Of a stretch of 64,000 bases of DNA, positions 39,901 to 54,900 are shown piece after piece; position 1 is the stretch's first letter; each line of letters begins with the position of its first letter. Under the pieces are notes generated by a model. It saw only the letters and a list, made by a program, of their open reading frames with translations, had not been told where the DNA came from and made no database searches. A program made the position numbers and the translations under genes. Source of the stretch: Hemiscyllium ocellatum (taxonomy: Eukaryota); the NCBI RefSeq assembly GCF_020745735.1, contig NC_083417.1, forward strand, positions 58,466,001-58,530,000, read 5' to 3'.

Positions 39901-42900
39901 AGAAAGTCGAAAAAAAAACCAAAATGTTTTACCAACATTGTGAGGGCGGTTAGTTATATATACTTCAGATGCCTTTAGAATTAGCAGTATATTATGTGTG
40001 TTCAAGCTCCCTTTACAGCCTTGCTTTCATTAACTTTAGGCAGGATGGTCAGTGGTTAGCACTGCTGCCTCACAGTGTGAGGGACCTGGGTTTAATTCCA
40101 CCCTGAAGCAACTATCTGTGTAGAGTTTGCACATTCTCTTTGTAGGTTTGCACCCACAGTCTAGGTAGACTGGCCATGAGAAATGCAGGGTTACAGGAAT
40201 AGGGTTGGGAGATATAGGTCTGGGTGGGCTAATCTTCAGAGGGTCACCGTGGACTCAATGGATTGAATGGCCTGAGTCCACACTGTTTAGATTCCATCTA
40301 AACCTTCCATATTCATGTATCTACCCAAATATGTTTTCAAGGTTATAACTGTACCCGCATCCACCACTTCATCTGGCAGTTCATTCTGTGTAGAAACCAC
40401 CCTCTGTGTGAAAACATTGCCCCTCAAGTCTCTTTTAAAGCTTTCTACTCTCACCTTAAAAATATGGCCCCTCGTTTTGAATTCCCCCACTAGAGGGAAA
40501 AGACCTTTGTTATTCACCTTCTTTATGCCTCTCGAGAGCTCTATAAGATCACTCCTCAACCACCTGTGCTCCACCCTCTATCCACCCTCTCCTTATAACA
40601 CAAACCCTCAAGTCCCAGCAACATCTCCAGCTTAACAATATCCTTCCTATAACAGGGCGACCAGAACTGCACACAGTACTTCAGACGAGGCCTCACCAAA
40701 GTCCTGTACACCATCGACATGACGTCCCAGCTCCAATACTCAATGGTCTGAGCAATGAAGACAACTGCTAAATGCCTTTTTAATCACTGTCGACCTGTGG
40801 CACAACTTTCAAAGAACCATGCACCCAAACCATTCAGTCTCTCTGTTCTACAACACTATCCAAGGCTCTACCATTAACTGTATAAGGCAGAAGTGGGTAC
40901 TGCAGAGGTTGGAAATTAGGATTAGAATGGTGCTGGAAAAGCACAGTAGGTTAGGCAGCATCTGAGGAGCAGGAAAATCGATGTTTTGAGCAAAAGCTCT
41001 TCATCAGGAATGAGGCCTGTTACATTAACTATATAAGCGTTGCTCTTGTTCACTTAACAAAATGCAATGTCTGATATTTATCCAAAATAAACCCCATCTA
41101 TCACGCTTCAGCCCTTGACCCAATTGATCATGATTACATTGTACTTTTCTTCACTGTCTACTAGCCACCAATTTTGGCATCAACTGCAAACTTACCAACC
41201 ATACCTTCTAAATTCTCATCCAAAACGTTTATATAAATGACACACAACAGCAGACCCAGCACCAACACCGCTGGCCACAGCCCTCCAGTCTGAACAACAA
41301 TTCTCTACCACCGCCTTGTCTCCTATCATCAAGCCAATTGACACGTAGTCAATGTCTGGTAAAATTGAATCCGGCGTGACAAGGTCAATGACCTTTCATT
41401 ACAACAGGAAGAAATTTGAGATATCATAGGCTTTATGTGAGTGCAGAGGCAAATGTGTGTATGTGGCAGGAGAACTGGAGGAAAAGTCAGTGATAGGAGA
41501 GAGAGGTAACAGAACCAACGTTCAAAGGCAATGACAGTTCATGATAAAGGAAGTGTTCATGGGACAAGTGCAGAAACGTTAGGTATATCCAGAAGCGATG
41601 TAAGTATGAAAAGGAGAATCATCACTTACTGCTGCCTTTCAAAATCACAAGGGTAAAATACCCGATCTGAAATTGCAGAACTCAATTTTGATTCTAGAAA
41701 ACTATGTAGTGTCTAATTAAAAGCTAAGCTGCTTCTTCGAGCTCACATTCCATTGGAGCAGAGTCAGCAGCTGAAGGTAGAGAGGTCAGAGCGAGTGTGG
41801 GCTGGAGAATGAAAATAACAAGTGACTGGAATTTCCGGATCATACTCTTCGCTGGCTTACGTTTTTCTTCAACTCAGAGCAAAATATTGCATGTGATTCA
41901 TGCACGAGGAAAATGAACATCTCAGAGCTCTGTGGCCTCACACCAATTAGGTAAAAAGTTTTTAAAATTTTGTTTTATGCCAAAATGGACAATTTCATAC
42001 TTGCACACAATGTATAAAAAGAGGGCTAAGAAGAGCCAGGAAGGGACATGAGAAGTCATTAGCAGATAGGATCAAGGAAAACCCAAAGGCTTTCTTTAGA
42101 CATATCAGGAATAAAAGAATGACTAGAGTAAGATTAGGGTCAATCAAGGATAATAGTGGGAAGTTGTGCGTGGAGTCAGGGAAGCGATAAATGAATTTGT
42201 TTTGTCAGTATTCACACTGGAAAAAGACAATGTTATCGAGGAGAATATTGAGATACAGGCTACTAGATTAGATGGGATTGAGGTTCACAAGGAGGAGGTG
42301 TTAGCAATTCTGGAAAGTGTGAAAATAGGTAAGTCGCCTGGGCCAGATGGGATTTATCCTAGGATTCTCTGGGAAGCCAGGGAGGAGATTGCAAAGCCTT
42401 TGGCTTTGATCTTTATGTCGCCATTGTCTACAGGAGTAGTGCCAGAAGACTGAAGGATAGCAAACATTGTCCCCTTGTTCAAGAGGTGGGATAGAGACCA
42501 CCCTTGTAATTATAGACCAGTGAGCCTTACTTCGTTTATGGTTAAAGTGTTGGAAACGGTTATAAGGGATAGGATTTACAATCATCTAGAGAGGAATAAG
42601 TTGATTAGGGATAGTCAACATGGTTTTGTGAAGGTAGGTCATGCCTCACAAACCTTACTGAGTTCTTTAAGAAGGTGAACAAACAGGTGGATGAGGGTAA
42701 AGCGATTAATGTGGTATATATGGATTTCAGTAAGGCATTTGATAAGGTTTCCCATGGAAGACTATTGCACAAAATATGGAGGCATGGGATGGAAGGTGAT
42801 TTGGTGGTTTGGGCCAGAAATTGGCTCGTGAAAGAAAGGACAGAAAGTTGTGGTTGATGGGAAATGTTCATCCTGGAGTTTAGTTACTAGTGGTGTACTG

Positions 42901-45900
42901 CAAGGATCTGTTTTAGGTCCACTGCTGTTTGTCACTTTTATAAATGACCTGGATGAGGGTGTAGAAGGATGTGTTCATAAATTTGCAGATGACACTAAGT
43001 TTGTTAGAGTTGTGGACAGCACAGAGGGTGTTGTAGGTTACAGAGGTGGGCTGAGAGATGGAAAAGGGAGTTTAATGCAGAAAAGTGTGAAGTGATTCAC
43101 TTTGGAAGGAATAACAGGAATGCAGAATAGTGGGCTAATGATAAGATTCTTGTTAGTATAGATGAGCAGAGAGATCTTGGTGTCCATGTACATAGATCCC
43201 TGAAAGTTGCCACCCATTTTGATAGCGTTGTTAAGAAGGCGTATGGTGTGTTAGCTTTTATTAGTAGAGGGATTGAGTTTCGGAGCCTTGAGGTCATGCT
43301 GCAGCTGTACAAACCTCTGTTGCAGTTGCACTTGGAGTATTGCATACAGTTCTGGTCACTGCGTTATAGAGAAGATGTGGAAGCTTTGGAAAGGGTGCAG
43401 AGGAGATTTACGAGGATGTTGCCTGGTGTGGAGGGTAGTTCTTGTGAGGAAAGGCTGAGGGTCTTGAGGCTGTTTTCGTTAGAGAGAAGAAGGTTGAAAG
43501 GTGACTTAATTGAGACATATAAGATGATCAGAGGGTTAGACAGGGTGGACAGTGAAAGCCTTTTTCCTCAGATGGTGATGGCTAGCACGAGGGGACATAA
43601 CTTTAAATTGAGGGGTGATAGATATAGGATAGATATCAGCGGTAGTTTCTTTACTCAGAGAATAGTAGGGGCGTGGAACAACCTGCCTGCAACAGTAGAG
43701 GACTCGCCAACTTTAAAGGCATTTAAATAGTCATTGGATAGACAGATGGATGATAATGAAATAGTGTAGGTTAGATGGGCTTCAGATTGGTTTCTCAGGC
43801 TGGCGCAACATTGAGGGCTGAAGGGTCTGTACTGCGCTGTAATGTTCTATGTTCTATACCACTCACCAGATCTCTGATTACTCACTTAGCCGATTTACAT
43901 CCCTTTGTTGGCTCCTTATATTCTCTTCACAAGTAACTTTCCTAACTATCTCCATACTATCAACAAATTTAACAAACATACCTTTGATCCCTACATTCAA
44001 ATAATTTATATAAATTATAAAGAGTTGCGGCTGGGGTCTTGATTTGAGGCTTGTTCTTGTTCTAGCAGGCCTACCCTTTAAACATATCGCACTTTCCCTT
44101 CAGTGACTCTGAGACTGAATCACCTGCCTCACAGGAATTTATCCCATCTTATTTTGAAAGAAAAGTTGCCACAGCTTTTCCGTCAGTCCATCCAATGCCC
44201 CACCTTAACATCAATCCCTTCCTCCTCAACAGCCAGTGATGATAATATAACACACTGCCATTAAAATAAAACTGTTGTCTATTGTTCCTGAGCTTTTAAC
44301 TTACACCAATGTGAAAAAGTTTTGGATAAAGGACAAGATAGATTCAGTTATGACAAGCCACCCAGTGCTTCAGCCAAGTTACTTCCTGCAGACAGACCCA
44401 ACATTCCACTTACTTTAATGATATATAGCTCAACAAAGTGAAACATCATCTGAGGGGTTGGTCTGAGAAATATGGAAAATGATACATGATCCAACACTAT
44501 TGGAATTATTGGAAGACAGTCCCATTGGTGACAATCTGATTGTATTCACTGAGTAGATGTGTAACTCACCTGAATACACAGTAAATGATTATTGTGGTGG
44601 CTGAGAAGATGGCAGAAATACCACAACCAATCTGTGAGATGTACATCAATGAAATCAAAACTTTCTCATCCACGGTGTTGTTGGTATCACTGAAGTCCTT
44701 TGGGAAATGAAGGCATAGACCACAATGAGTAAGAGTTAAATCCTGTCTCACCTAGAATAAATAGCCTGTCTCTGGTACCAGTTCAAAACACTGGGATTAA
44801 GCTACTTGATTAGTAGGATCAGCTCAAATGCAAGTAACTGTACATTGAAAGAAACTTTTGTTAGTGTGTGTAGAATCCTGGTGAGAGTTCACTTGAAATT
44901 TAGGTTAGAAATGGAGCCATTCTCCAAGTCCTCTTCTGGGATAACTCCTACAGAGGAATCTAGATTCAACTGGGGCAATGGTTTTCGACACTTTGGGCAG
45001 CTCACTCACAACCAGCCAAAGGCTGTCCTAGTAATCTCATCAGGCATGTCTCCTGAACACAGGTTCACAGCAAGTTTAAATTCTGTTTCAGCTCCGACAT
45101 GTGACTGGATGCCTGAAGGTTATTGCAAGTGATACCATGCATTAATGAGGTTCACTATTAGTAAACTTTGTCCCTTTCTCAGAGCAGCATGTCTAGCTGT
45201 GAGGCTCTGATGTCTCCGCCACCTGAATTATTCTGTTCCAGGTGCAGATGTGGATTCCAGTGTTGACATGGCCCTGTGTCCAGTGTAAAGTCATGGGCAG
45301 AAGTTGCATTGTACTTCACTTCCAGTGGCACAACTGTATTGAAGAATATCCTCTTGGTGTTGTGCAATTTCAGCTGCTAGATCCTCAAAACCCATCGATG
45401 AGAGAGAGAGAATTGAAAGCTGAGTAGCTCAGTTAAGGTCAGTCCTTGGGATCTGAGTAGGGATAGTCAGAAATCTTGACAAGTTTGCACTGAAACTCTG
45501 GCAAAGCAGTAGGCATGGAAGAATGTGAAGGAAGGATGAAAAGTCTGTAGAAGATGACAATGCTAAATAAAGGAAATATTTTGAGGAGATTCAGTGGAAA
45601 GAGTGAGTTGCCTATTGGCAATGACTATCACACAGTCAAGAAGTGTGTTGCTGGAAAAGCATCGCCTTTCAGGCAGCATCTGAGGAGCAGGGGAGTTGAT
45701 GTTTCAAGCATAAGCTCTTCATCAGGAATGACAGATCTCTCATACAGAAGGCATCAATCCAAAACTTACCAATAACACAGCAAAGTAGGAGAGATGGTCA
45801 CACTGACATATGATATGGCTATCCTGAACTGTTGTTTTACAACCAGTAGTATCCCAATGACCTGTTGAGTTGTCTGTAACATAAGGTTTGGTCTAAAATT

Positions 45901-48900
45901 TAGAGAATTGGTTTTCTAATATTAACTGTAATAGTTTGACAAGTCTTTTACTTACCATCTTCATTTTCAGACCAGAAGACACAATGTTGAGAGAAGTTAT
46001 TCTGAAATTCAAAAATAAATTGAAATGTTTTGTTTGGCTAGTTGGTGTTTCACTATAAATCTGTTGAAATGCCTTTAAACTATAGGTATACCACAAACAG
46101 AGACCAGTGTTTGTATATGACAATGCTTAACCTAAGATTGAATTAGACTGTGATTGCACCTCACATTTGGATTGATAACAATTAAACTGTGTATTTACAC
46201 ATCAGGGCACAAATGTTCCCTTGGTTAGCCATTATTTAATGTTTGAACATCCCCAGTAATAAAGGAACCTTTGTCATAACATTCAAATGATTGAAAGTGA
46301 ATTTAGATGGTCCTCAGGAAATTGAGAGACTTTCTTAACATGTGGCTTTTACAGAGTTGGAGTTCTATTGTGGACCCTATAAAGTGGAGTTAAACCGACG
46401 ACTCGGGTGGCCTCATATATTTTGCTGGATTCTTGTTACACACCTAAAACTGGCTCACATCAATGTACAAGTGGGAGCATGTCTGCAGCCTCAGTGACAT
46501 GCCTCAGTGGGTATCAACACAGCCCTTGAGATGTGCAGCAGGTAAACCAGGAGAAGTTCCAGAAGATCACTGTCAATAGCCTTGGTGTAGGGTTGAGGTA
46601 GTCACCAACATGAAGGTGAGTGAATTGGATAGCCCTCGACAATAGGTGCAGATATCCCAATGTGATGATTAATTTGGTTAATGTGCTAATTAGCACACAC
46701 ATACAGGCTTAGGAAGATAGTTCCTGTGTTGATGTGATTTACCCCACCTCAGGGCCAGGAGGCTCCAGAATAAGTCCCATCTGCTCCAAGACTATGTCAT
46801 ATCATCTTGGAATAGGGTGCTGAGGAAAATACCTACAGGGTGGTCAAGTTCCCGGCTGAAAGATTAACATGAATTTAAATTTAAACTGCAACATGTAAGC
46901 AGGTCAGCTTATGCATCCATGTAAAAAGGGAGTGTGTACTGAAAGAACAGATGGAATAATGCTCGCATTTGTGTGATGTCAACATTATTTTAAAACTTGT
47001 CTGTGCTACTTAAAACCAACTTGAAACTTTCAAAGAGAAGGAGCACTTCACCCAGACATGATGCAGGAGTTGGTTGTAGAAGAGACTTCAGGAACGAGGA
47101 ATACATTTTGATGTAACAGGACAGAAAGGATGTACAAAGTTTCTCAAATGTTCAGAAACCACTTGAGCATTATATAATTGTCACAACTCATCAATAAAAA
47201 ACAATCAACAGCTAGCATGTGAGTAGCTGACGATCCTTTTAATGAGCTCGGGTGTGGGGTCCTTCCTGAGGCTGTCTGTATTTAAGAGATAACTAGAGGG
47301 TTTTATTTTAAAATGGCAGCACTGATGTGAGAGCTGCTTGATTCACTGATTGCTATACACTGCAAACTCCAGCAGATACTCAGAGCCGAAAAAATAAACC
47401 GATATCTCCAAAACAGAGTGGTACAGTGGCTCATTGATTAGAACTGCTGCCTCACAGCACCAGGGACACAGGTTTGATTCCACTCTTGAGCGTCTGTGTG
47501 GAGTTTGCATCTTCTCCCCATGTCTGCATCGGTTTCCTGCAGATGCTCCAGTTTCCTCCCACAGTCTAAAGTTGTGCAGGTCAGGTGGATTGGCCATGCT
47601 CAATCCCATAGATTCCAGGGATGTGTAGGTTTGGTGGATTAGCCATGGCAAATGTCGGTATTCCGAGTTAAGATAGGATACTGGGTATAGGTGGGATGTT
47701 CTTTGGACAGTCAGCATGGATTTGAAAGGCTGAATGGCCTGCTTCCACATATAAGGATTCTATGATTCCATGAGCGATAAGAAGTGGAATTTCAAAGCTT
47801 AGATTGCTTAAATCAGATGAACAAAGAACTTTACTTTATAGTTTACACAGGGTGATAAATGTTCTGTCAGTTCTGAGCCATTTAAAATTGAACAAAAACA
47901 TATGTAGAAAACAGAATAGGTTGCTATAATGTCAATTTGGGGACAAAAAGAATAAAATTCAATCAACATAACAGTCTCCTCAATCCTCAAAATTCTTGGG
48001 AATTACTGAAGATTTTCTTACCAGCATTTTTGACTTAAGCTTAACTGTAATATTCACACACGCAGTGAGGTTATGAATGCTTGTGTTTCCTACAGCAATT
48101 TCAATCACGTTATTATTTAAGATAGTACTGTTCTTTTCATCCTGTAGAGAAAGAAGCCATGAGAACTGTCAGCAATGTACTGTACTGAAGAACATGACAT
48201 TAGGTATTTTTAACAATTCAAGTGTAAGTAAATAGGGCCAAACTAATGTTAGGGTCCACACACAGGATTTCACCTCATGTGGGCATTCCTTAATATTCTA
48301 AAAGGATGGAATCCTGCCTCTCATGTGGGACACAAAGTAATAATAAAGGACTTTGATGGACGAGGTAGTGAGATGAAGTCAAAGAGACTCTGAAACACAG
48401 GACAGTTCATATTCCATGGCTTTCAGAGCTGGACAGGTAATTTGCAAATGTTATGTCATCTGAAGCTAACTGCACTGACTTCAGAGATTCAGAAACCAGG
48501 GGGATCTTATGTTATGGATCCAGGGAGAGGTTACCAACTAACAATGTTCCCTGTAACCCAGAAGGTGCATTGGCACCTGTATCTCTGAAAGTCAGAGCTA
48601 ATGTCAAAGGGCTCACGATGGGAACATTTCAATGGCATCTTCCAAACCCACAACCTCCAACACCAGCACCTGCCAGTTCTCCTCCAAGCTGCACACCATC
48701 CTGACATGAAACTATCTTGACATTCCATCATTGTCACTGGGTGAACATTCCAGAACCCTCTTCCTAACAGCACTGTGGTTGTATTGAGTTCACAAGGACA
48801 GCAATGATTCAAAAAGGCAGCTCACCACCACCTTTTACCAGATGGGCAATAAATGCTGGCCCAGTCAGTGATTCTCACATCCAACTGGGGATGAAATTAT

Positions 48901-51900
48901 GCAATGTATTTGTTGGATCTCTGTACATATTTTACAGCAATAGGAATTAGGATGTAGAACAGACCCAGGTCATTGTACTCCTTCGAGTCTGCTCTGTCAT
49001 TCTGTATGATCATGGTTGTCATCTCAATTCCACTTTCCTGTCTGACTACCATAACCCTAGACTCCCTTGTTGATCAGAAATCTATTCAATGCTGCCTTGA
49101 GCAAAATCAACAACTAAGCTTCCTGTGTTTTCTAAGGAAAAGAATTCCACGGACTCACGGCTCTCCAAGAGGAAAACAAAGCCTTCCACATCTCAGTTTT
49201 AAAAGGATGGACTCCTGTTATCAAACTGTGGCCCATTACTCTTTTGTCCTCCACAAAAGTATTCATCCATCCATCCTATCAAGTCCCCTTTAGCGAGAGT
49301 TGAGGAAGTTACAGAGATAGAGAGGCTTGTAGGTTCTGGAGGAGCGTACATTGATCTGGAGGTTTGGAAAGGCTGGAGGATGCTATAGTGCTAGGAAGGA
49401 TTGTCAGGACTGGAGGAGGTTACAGAGATAAGACCATGAACCCATCAGGTGAAGGAGGAGAAGTTGTCCATTCAGCCCATCATATCTGTTCCACCATTCA
49501 ATGAGATCTTGGCTGCTCTGATAATCCTTACTGCCATTTTCCTGCCTTTAGCCCATAACCCTTGATTCCTTACAGTGTGGAAGTAGGCCATTCAGCATAT
49601 CAAGTCCACACTGACTGTCCGAAGAACATCCCACCCAGACCCAGCCTCCTATCTTAACCCGGTAATCGGTCTATTTCAGCCTTGAATACACTTCAACATA
49701 CAGACTACCTCCCTTATTCCTAAAAGTGAATAAAAGGGATTAAGATTAGGGTTAAATGGTAATTACTTTGCCCAGTTAATTGTGACACACAACAGTTAGT
49801 CATAGACCGAAGGGTTTGTTTCCATGCTGTACATCTCTATGACTCTATGATTCTATTAATGTTGACTTTGCCAGCAAAGGACTTTGCAAAATGCAATTCA
49901 GAAAAAAATGCGTGGGCTGTTAGTGCCTGTTCCCTACTACCCAGTTGATCGAATGTAGCCTTCCTTGTGTTATGAGAAGTTCCTTTCTACTTTCTCCTTT
50001 TTGAATTGGAGTGGTGGGAGGTGCCTACAGACATCAGTGCAGAATTGAAGCACTTTACCTCAAACAGTGATGTATCATTGAATAATGAGAAGGTGATGCT
50101 CGAGAAATCATTCTGCTGCTCCATTGATTTCCTGAACAATTCCTCTGGGAGGACTACCTCAATGTCAACATTTTGTTCTTGAGTGGCTCTTTCACCGACC
50201 TGCACAACAAAATAAATAACCATTTCACGTTTCTGTTCATCAATCATAATTTGTGGATAATCTACATTTGGAATGGCACATGCATGAAAATCAGATACTA
50301 AAACACTGAAAAAAAGGATAATTTCTAATTAGAATTATTGTTTGGGCAATTTAACCTTTAGGTGAGGTAGTGTAACCTTTTGGGCCTGTTCAGTTGACCT
50401 TTTGGGAGAAGTAAGTAATCTTTCAAAACTTTAAATTGTTCATTGAATTGTTCAAAGTAGACATGAGTAATCATGAAACGTCGATGAAAATGCTGCAACT
50501 GTCAAAGCTGTCATGGCATTTAACTCTCCTGCCCTCTAAAGTTTGGAAAACTGTCTGCAATGTTTAAGAAAATGGTATTTCCAATCCATCAAAGCAGGAA
50601 GCTGTGCTTTTTCTAGTTATGGGGATAGAAAGAATAGAATAAAATAAAACAATGAGTAATAGGACAATAGTAAGCTCATAGTATTGTTAAAAAAAACAAG
50701 CCTACTTTAGAAAGCATAGAGGAAATCTGAGAAAGGGAATAAGAGGGGAAATGAACCTAAGAATGAGAATAAATTAACAGCTAACACATTAGTAATGAAA
50801 TGGAAGTTAAAAGAAGGATAGGGCTTATTCGAGAACAAAAATGAAATTTTCCTTTTTCCAACAGTAGCTCTGTAACATACTATACCACATGGCATATGTC
50901 TTCACGACAGGATTGGATGCTGCTAATTTAGCAGTAAAAGAGGAGACAGTGGGAATAATGAATAGAATAAAAGCAGAGATGAATTTCTTAAATATGGCTT
51001 GAAAGAAATCAAAGGAAGAAAGCTCACCGAGACCAAGGGTTTATCAACCTAGATATTATCAACTTGTCCAGAGATGTTATTATACACCTTTTAAATGTTG
51101 TAATGTACTCAGACCCATCACTTCCTCTGGATGGTCATTCCACACACGAACCATTCTCTGTGGAAAAGCATTGCCCCTCACATACTTTTAAAATATTACT
51201 GCTGTCACACTAAAAATAGATCCCCTAGTCTTGAAATTGTCCACCCCAGGGAAAAAAGACACCTGCCATTTACCTCACCTATGGCCCTCATGATTTTATA
51301 AACTTCTATAAGGTCATCTCTCAACCTCCTATACTCTTCCAGTGAAAGAAAGACCCTGCCTATGCAGCCTCTCCTTATAACTCATGCCCTCCACTCCCAG
51401 TAACATCCTGGTAAATGTTTTACATAGGAACATAAGAAGATAGGAATGGGGAGCAGCAGTAGGCCATCTGGCCCTTCCAGCCTGGTCCTCGATTCAATAA
51501 GATCAGGGCTGATCTTCTTGTGGCCTGTGCTCCACTCACCTGCCCTCTCACCACAACCCTTAATTCCTTCATGGTTAAAACAAATATCGATCTTAGCTTT
51601 AAAAATGTTTACTAAAGTAGCGTCAACTATTTGATTGGTCCCCAACTCCAATCATCACATGAATTGTTTGGTTCCCAACATTTATCCCTGAGGCACACCA
51701 CTAGTTACTGATTGCCAACCAGAAGAGCACTCATTTATCAAAGTCAAAAAGTGTGGTGCTGGAAAAACGCAGCCGGTCAGGCAGCATCCAAGCGGCAGTA
51801 GAGTCAATGCTTCGAGCATAAGCTCTTCATCATTCTTGAAACGTCAACTCTCCTGCTCCTCAGATGCTGCCTGACTGGCTGTGCTTTGCAAATGCCACAC

Positions 51901-54900
51901 GTTTTGACTCTGATCTCCAGTATCTGCAGTCCTTGCTTTCTCCTAGCACTCATTTATCCCCACTCTTTACTTCCGGTTGGTCAACCAATCCCCTCTCCAT
52001 GCCAATACTTCACACGTAACACTATGCAGCTTTATCTTATGCATTTTCTGAACCTTCTCCAGGTTGATACTACTTTTTATTCTATTTTAGCTGAACTTTG
52101 TTAATTCAGTTACTGTGCCAGTTAAAGGTCAATTTTCCAGATCTTCACTGAATTCAAATAAACTTTTTTTTGTTTCTCAACATTACTTGAAGATAAAGAG
52201 AAAGTTAACGTTCTGAGGCAAGCATGATTCTTCCTTGGAATTTATTCCTTCAGCATTCCAAAGAAGGCTCATACTGGACTCGAAATGTTAACACTGTTTC
52301 TTTCTCCACAGATACAGCCAGCATTTTCTGTATATCTTTCAGAGTTCGAGCATCGGCAGTGGTGGGTTTTTCATTGTGTAGGGGTGAATGGTTGATGTTT
52401 GAGGTTGCGCTATCCACTGGACCATGTATCACAATGGGCCTAATTGTATTTCTTTCTCCCATTTTTATATAACTAAATATAAGCTTATCCCCATATCAGT
52501 GTGTACTAAGTTTGGTTTCATATTTAATCCATTACCCTACCCAATTCCCAGAGGCAGCCTGTATTCCTTGCTGCTGATGTATGCAGTTAGAGGCCTAAAA
52601 ATGAAGAGTGCATTACCAAGCAGAGTGAGGCAACTCACAAACATAACAGAAAATGCTGGAGAAATTCAGCAAGTCTGGCAGCAGCATCTGTGGGAAGAAA
52701 GCAGAATTAATGTTTCAAGTCTCGTATCTCTTCATCAGAGTTCAGTTTCTGGTTTGGTTTCAGATCTCCAGTGCCCACAGTTCATTATTTTAGTTTAAGG
52801 TGAGGCTAGCATATTAGAGATGAATATTTAATTTAAATCTCATTCAATTCCTTTTATGTTCATCAATATATACTAATACTTAAAACATATTGAGATAAAA
52901 ATCTAGCCTCAAATATGAACTTTGAAAATTATAAATATATAGGATACCACGTCAGATTTGATGTTACAAGGCAAACATTTCTGTACACGTTGAAAAATCA
53001 GGTCAGAGATCCTATGTTGTCTGTACCTGTATTTGTAGCTTTGCTAGGCACAGAGTTAGTGAGGTTACTTACCCATGAAGAATTGGCAACAAGTGTTATT
53101 CCTTTAAAACTTGAGCTGTTTAATTTTCTACAATAAGCTTTATATCTTGAGTGTATTTGTGTGATACTGTCTTTGTCAGAAGCTTCACAATCAGCTGTGG
53201 CTCTTACACATCTCCTTTGTAATCTATAACAAGAGATTTTGAAATACACAAGATGAGTAATGTAGATAGTAAAGTAAGTGATTATCAGCTAATTGAGGTG
53301 GTTAGACACTGGGATGCAGCCTTGTGGATCCAGCCGGATACAGTCTTGGGAGAAGAGATTGAGCAGTTGGATGGTGGACCGCCACTGGAATATTTGAAGG
53401 TTATGAGGTTGTTTCTTGATTATTATTGCAGCCAAAGAAAATGAAAGAAAGCTTCCAGGCTGAATAAGAGCTGTGTTTGAGGGAAATCAGAGGTGAGATC
53501 CTGGGAGGAAAATGTCTCTTCCTAATGAGAAAAAGTCAGAGTTTAAGGGATGTTTGTAATACCAATTACTACTGACCGAGGGGGCTGCTGAGCAGTTTGT
53601 GGGATCTGTCTTCACTGTGGTTGTCACTACATGTGTACTTTCTGGTCTTTGGCCTACAATAATGACCTGAACTTCATTACACTTGTTATTATCCCCCGAT
53701 AGGGTTCAACTCTAGTGGAATCAGATGCAGCATTCTGTGTCGCAAATGTTATAATCTCAACCAAAGATCACATTGGGTAATTTAGCATGACCAATTCGCC
53801 TAATCAGGGGAAACCCACAGAGAGAATGTGCAAGCTCCACACAGACAGTTGCCCAAAGCTGGTATTAAACCCAGGTCCCTAGCATTGTGAGCCTTCAGTG
53901 CTAAACACTGAGCCAATATGCCACCCGAATATCTATCAGGTTAATGAATGTGCTGAGCTTAGCTTATCTGGCCTCCTTGTGACTCCAGACCCACCGAAAT
54001 GTGGTTGACTCTCAGCTGTCTTCTCAGTACTGGTTAGGGATGGGTAATAAATATTGGCCCAGCCAGTGATAGCAATGTGAATTTATGGATTTAAAAAAGA
54101 AACCCTTTGATGTTTATAATCTCTCAACCTGAGACTTGAACAAACTCAACAGCCGAACCTCCACAGCCCTCTTGAGAAGGAATTCCTCATCTCAATGCGA
54201 ATGGTTCTACACACAATGGTTCCACACCAACAACACATGTACAAAAATCAACAATGTTCACAATTAGATCCTTAAAGCTAGATTTTTATTGATTTGGGAT
54301 TTACCATTTGCTGCAGTGAGATTTGAACCCAGGACTGCAGAACAGTACCTGGGTCTTTGGATTAATCGCTTAGCAATAGCAACACTAGGCATTCAGCCTC
54401 CCCTTAATGATCGGTATTCTAGAAGTTTAGGGAAAAAGCTGATAAAACAGAATACATCATTTTACCAGCATCATGGAGACAGTAAGGATTGCAGATGCTG
54501 GAAGCCAGAGTCAGTAGATGTGGAGCTGGAAAAGCACAGCAGGTCAGACAGCATCCGAGGGGCAGGAAGGCCCATGTTTTGGGCTGAAACCCTTCATCAG
54601 GTCTGTTCTGCTCTAATTCCAATTCAATCAACTAATCAATTATAAACCCAGGCCTTTTCCCAATCCTGATCCTGATCGGTGGTCTACGCTGAAAATATCA
54701 ACCACATAAACTTACTTGTTCTTAATGTTCTTTGCCTTTAGATTGCATGTTGTAGTTAGATTCTGGACAAGTACCTCACATTTATCTGATGTTAGAGTTT
54801 CTGAAATGAAATTATAAAAGAATATTGACTGAGTTTCTTAAACGCAATTAGTGCTCTCTCTTTTTTAAATTCCATCATGCTTCTCTATGTTAACAATGGT

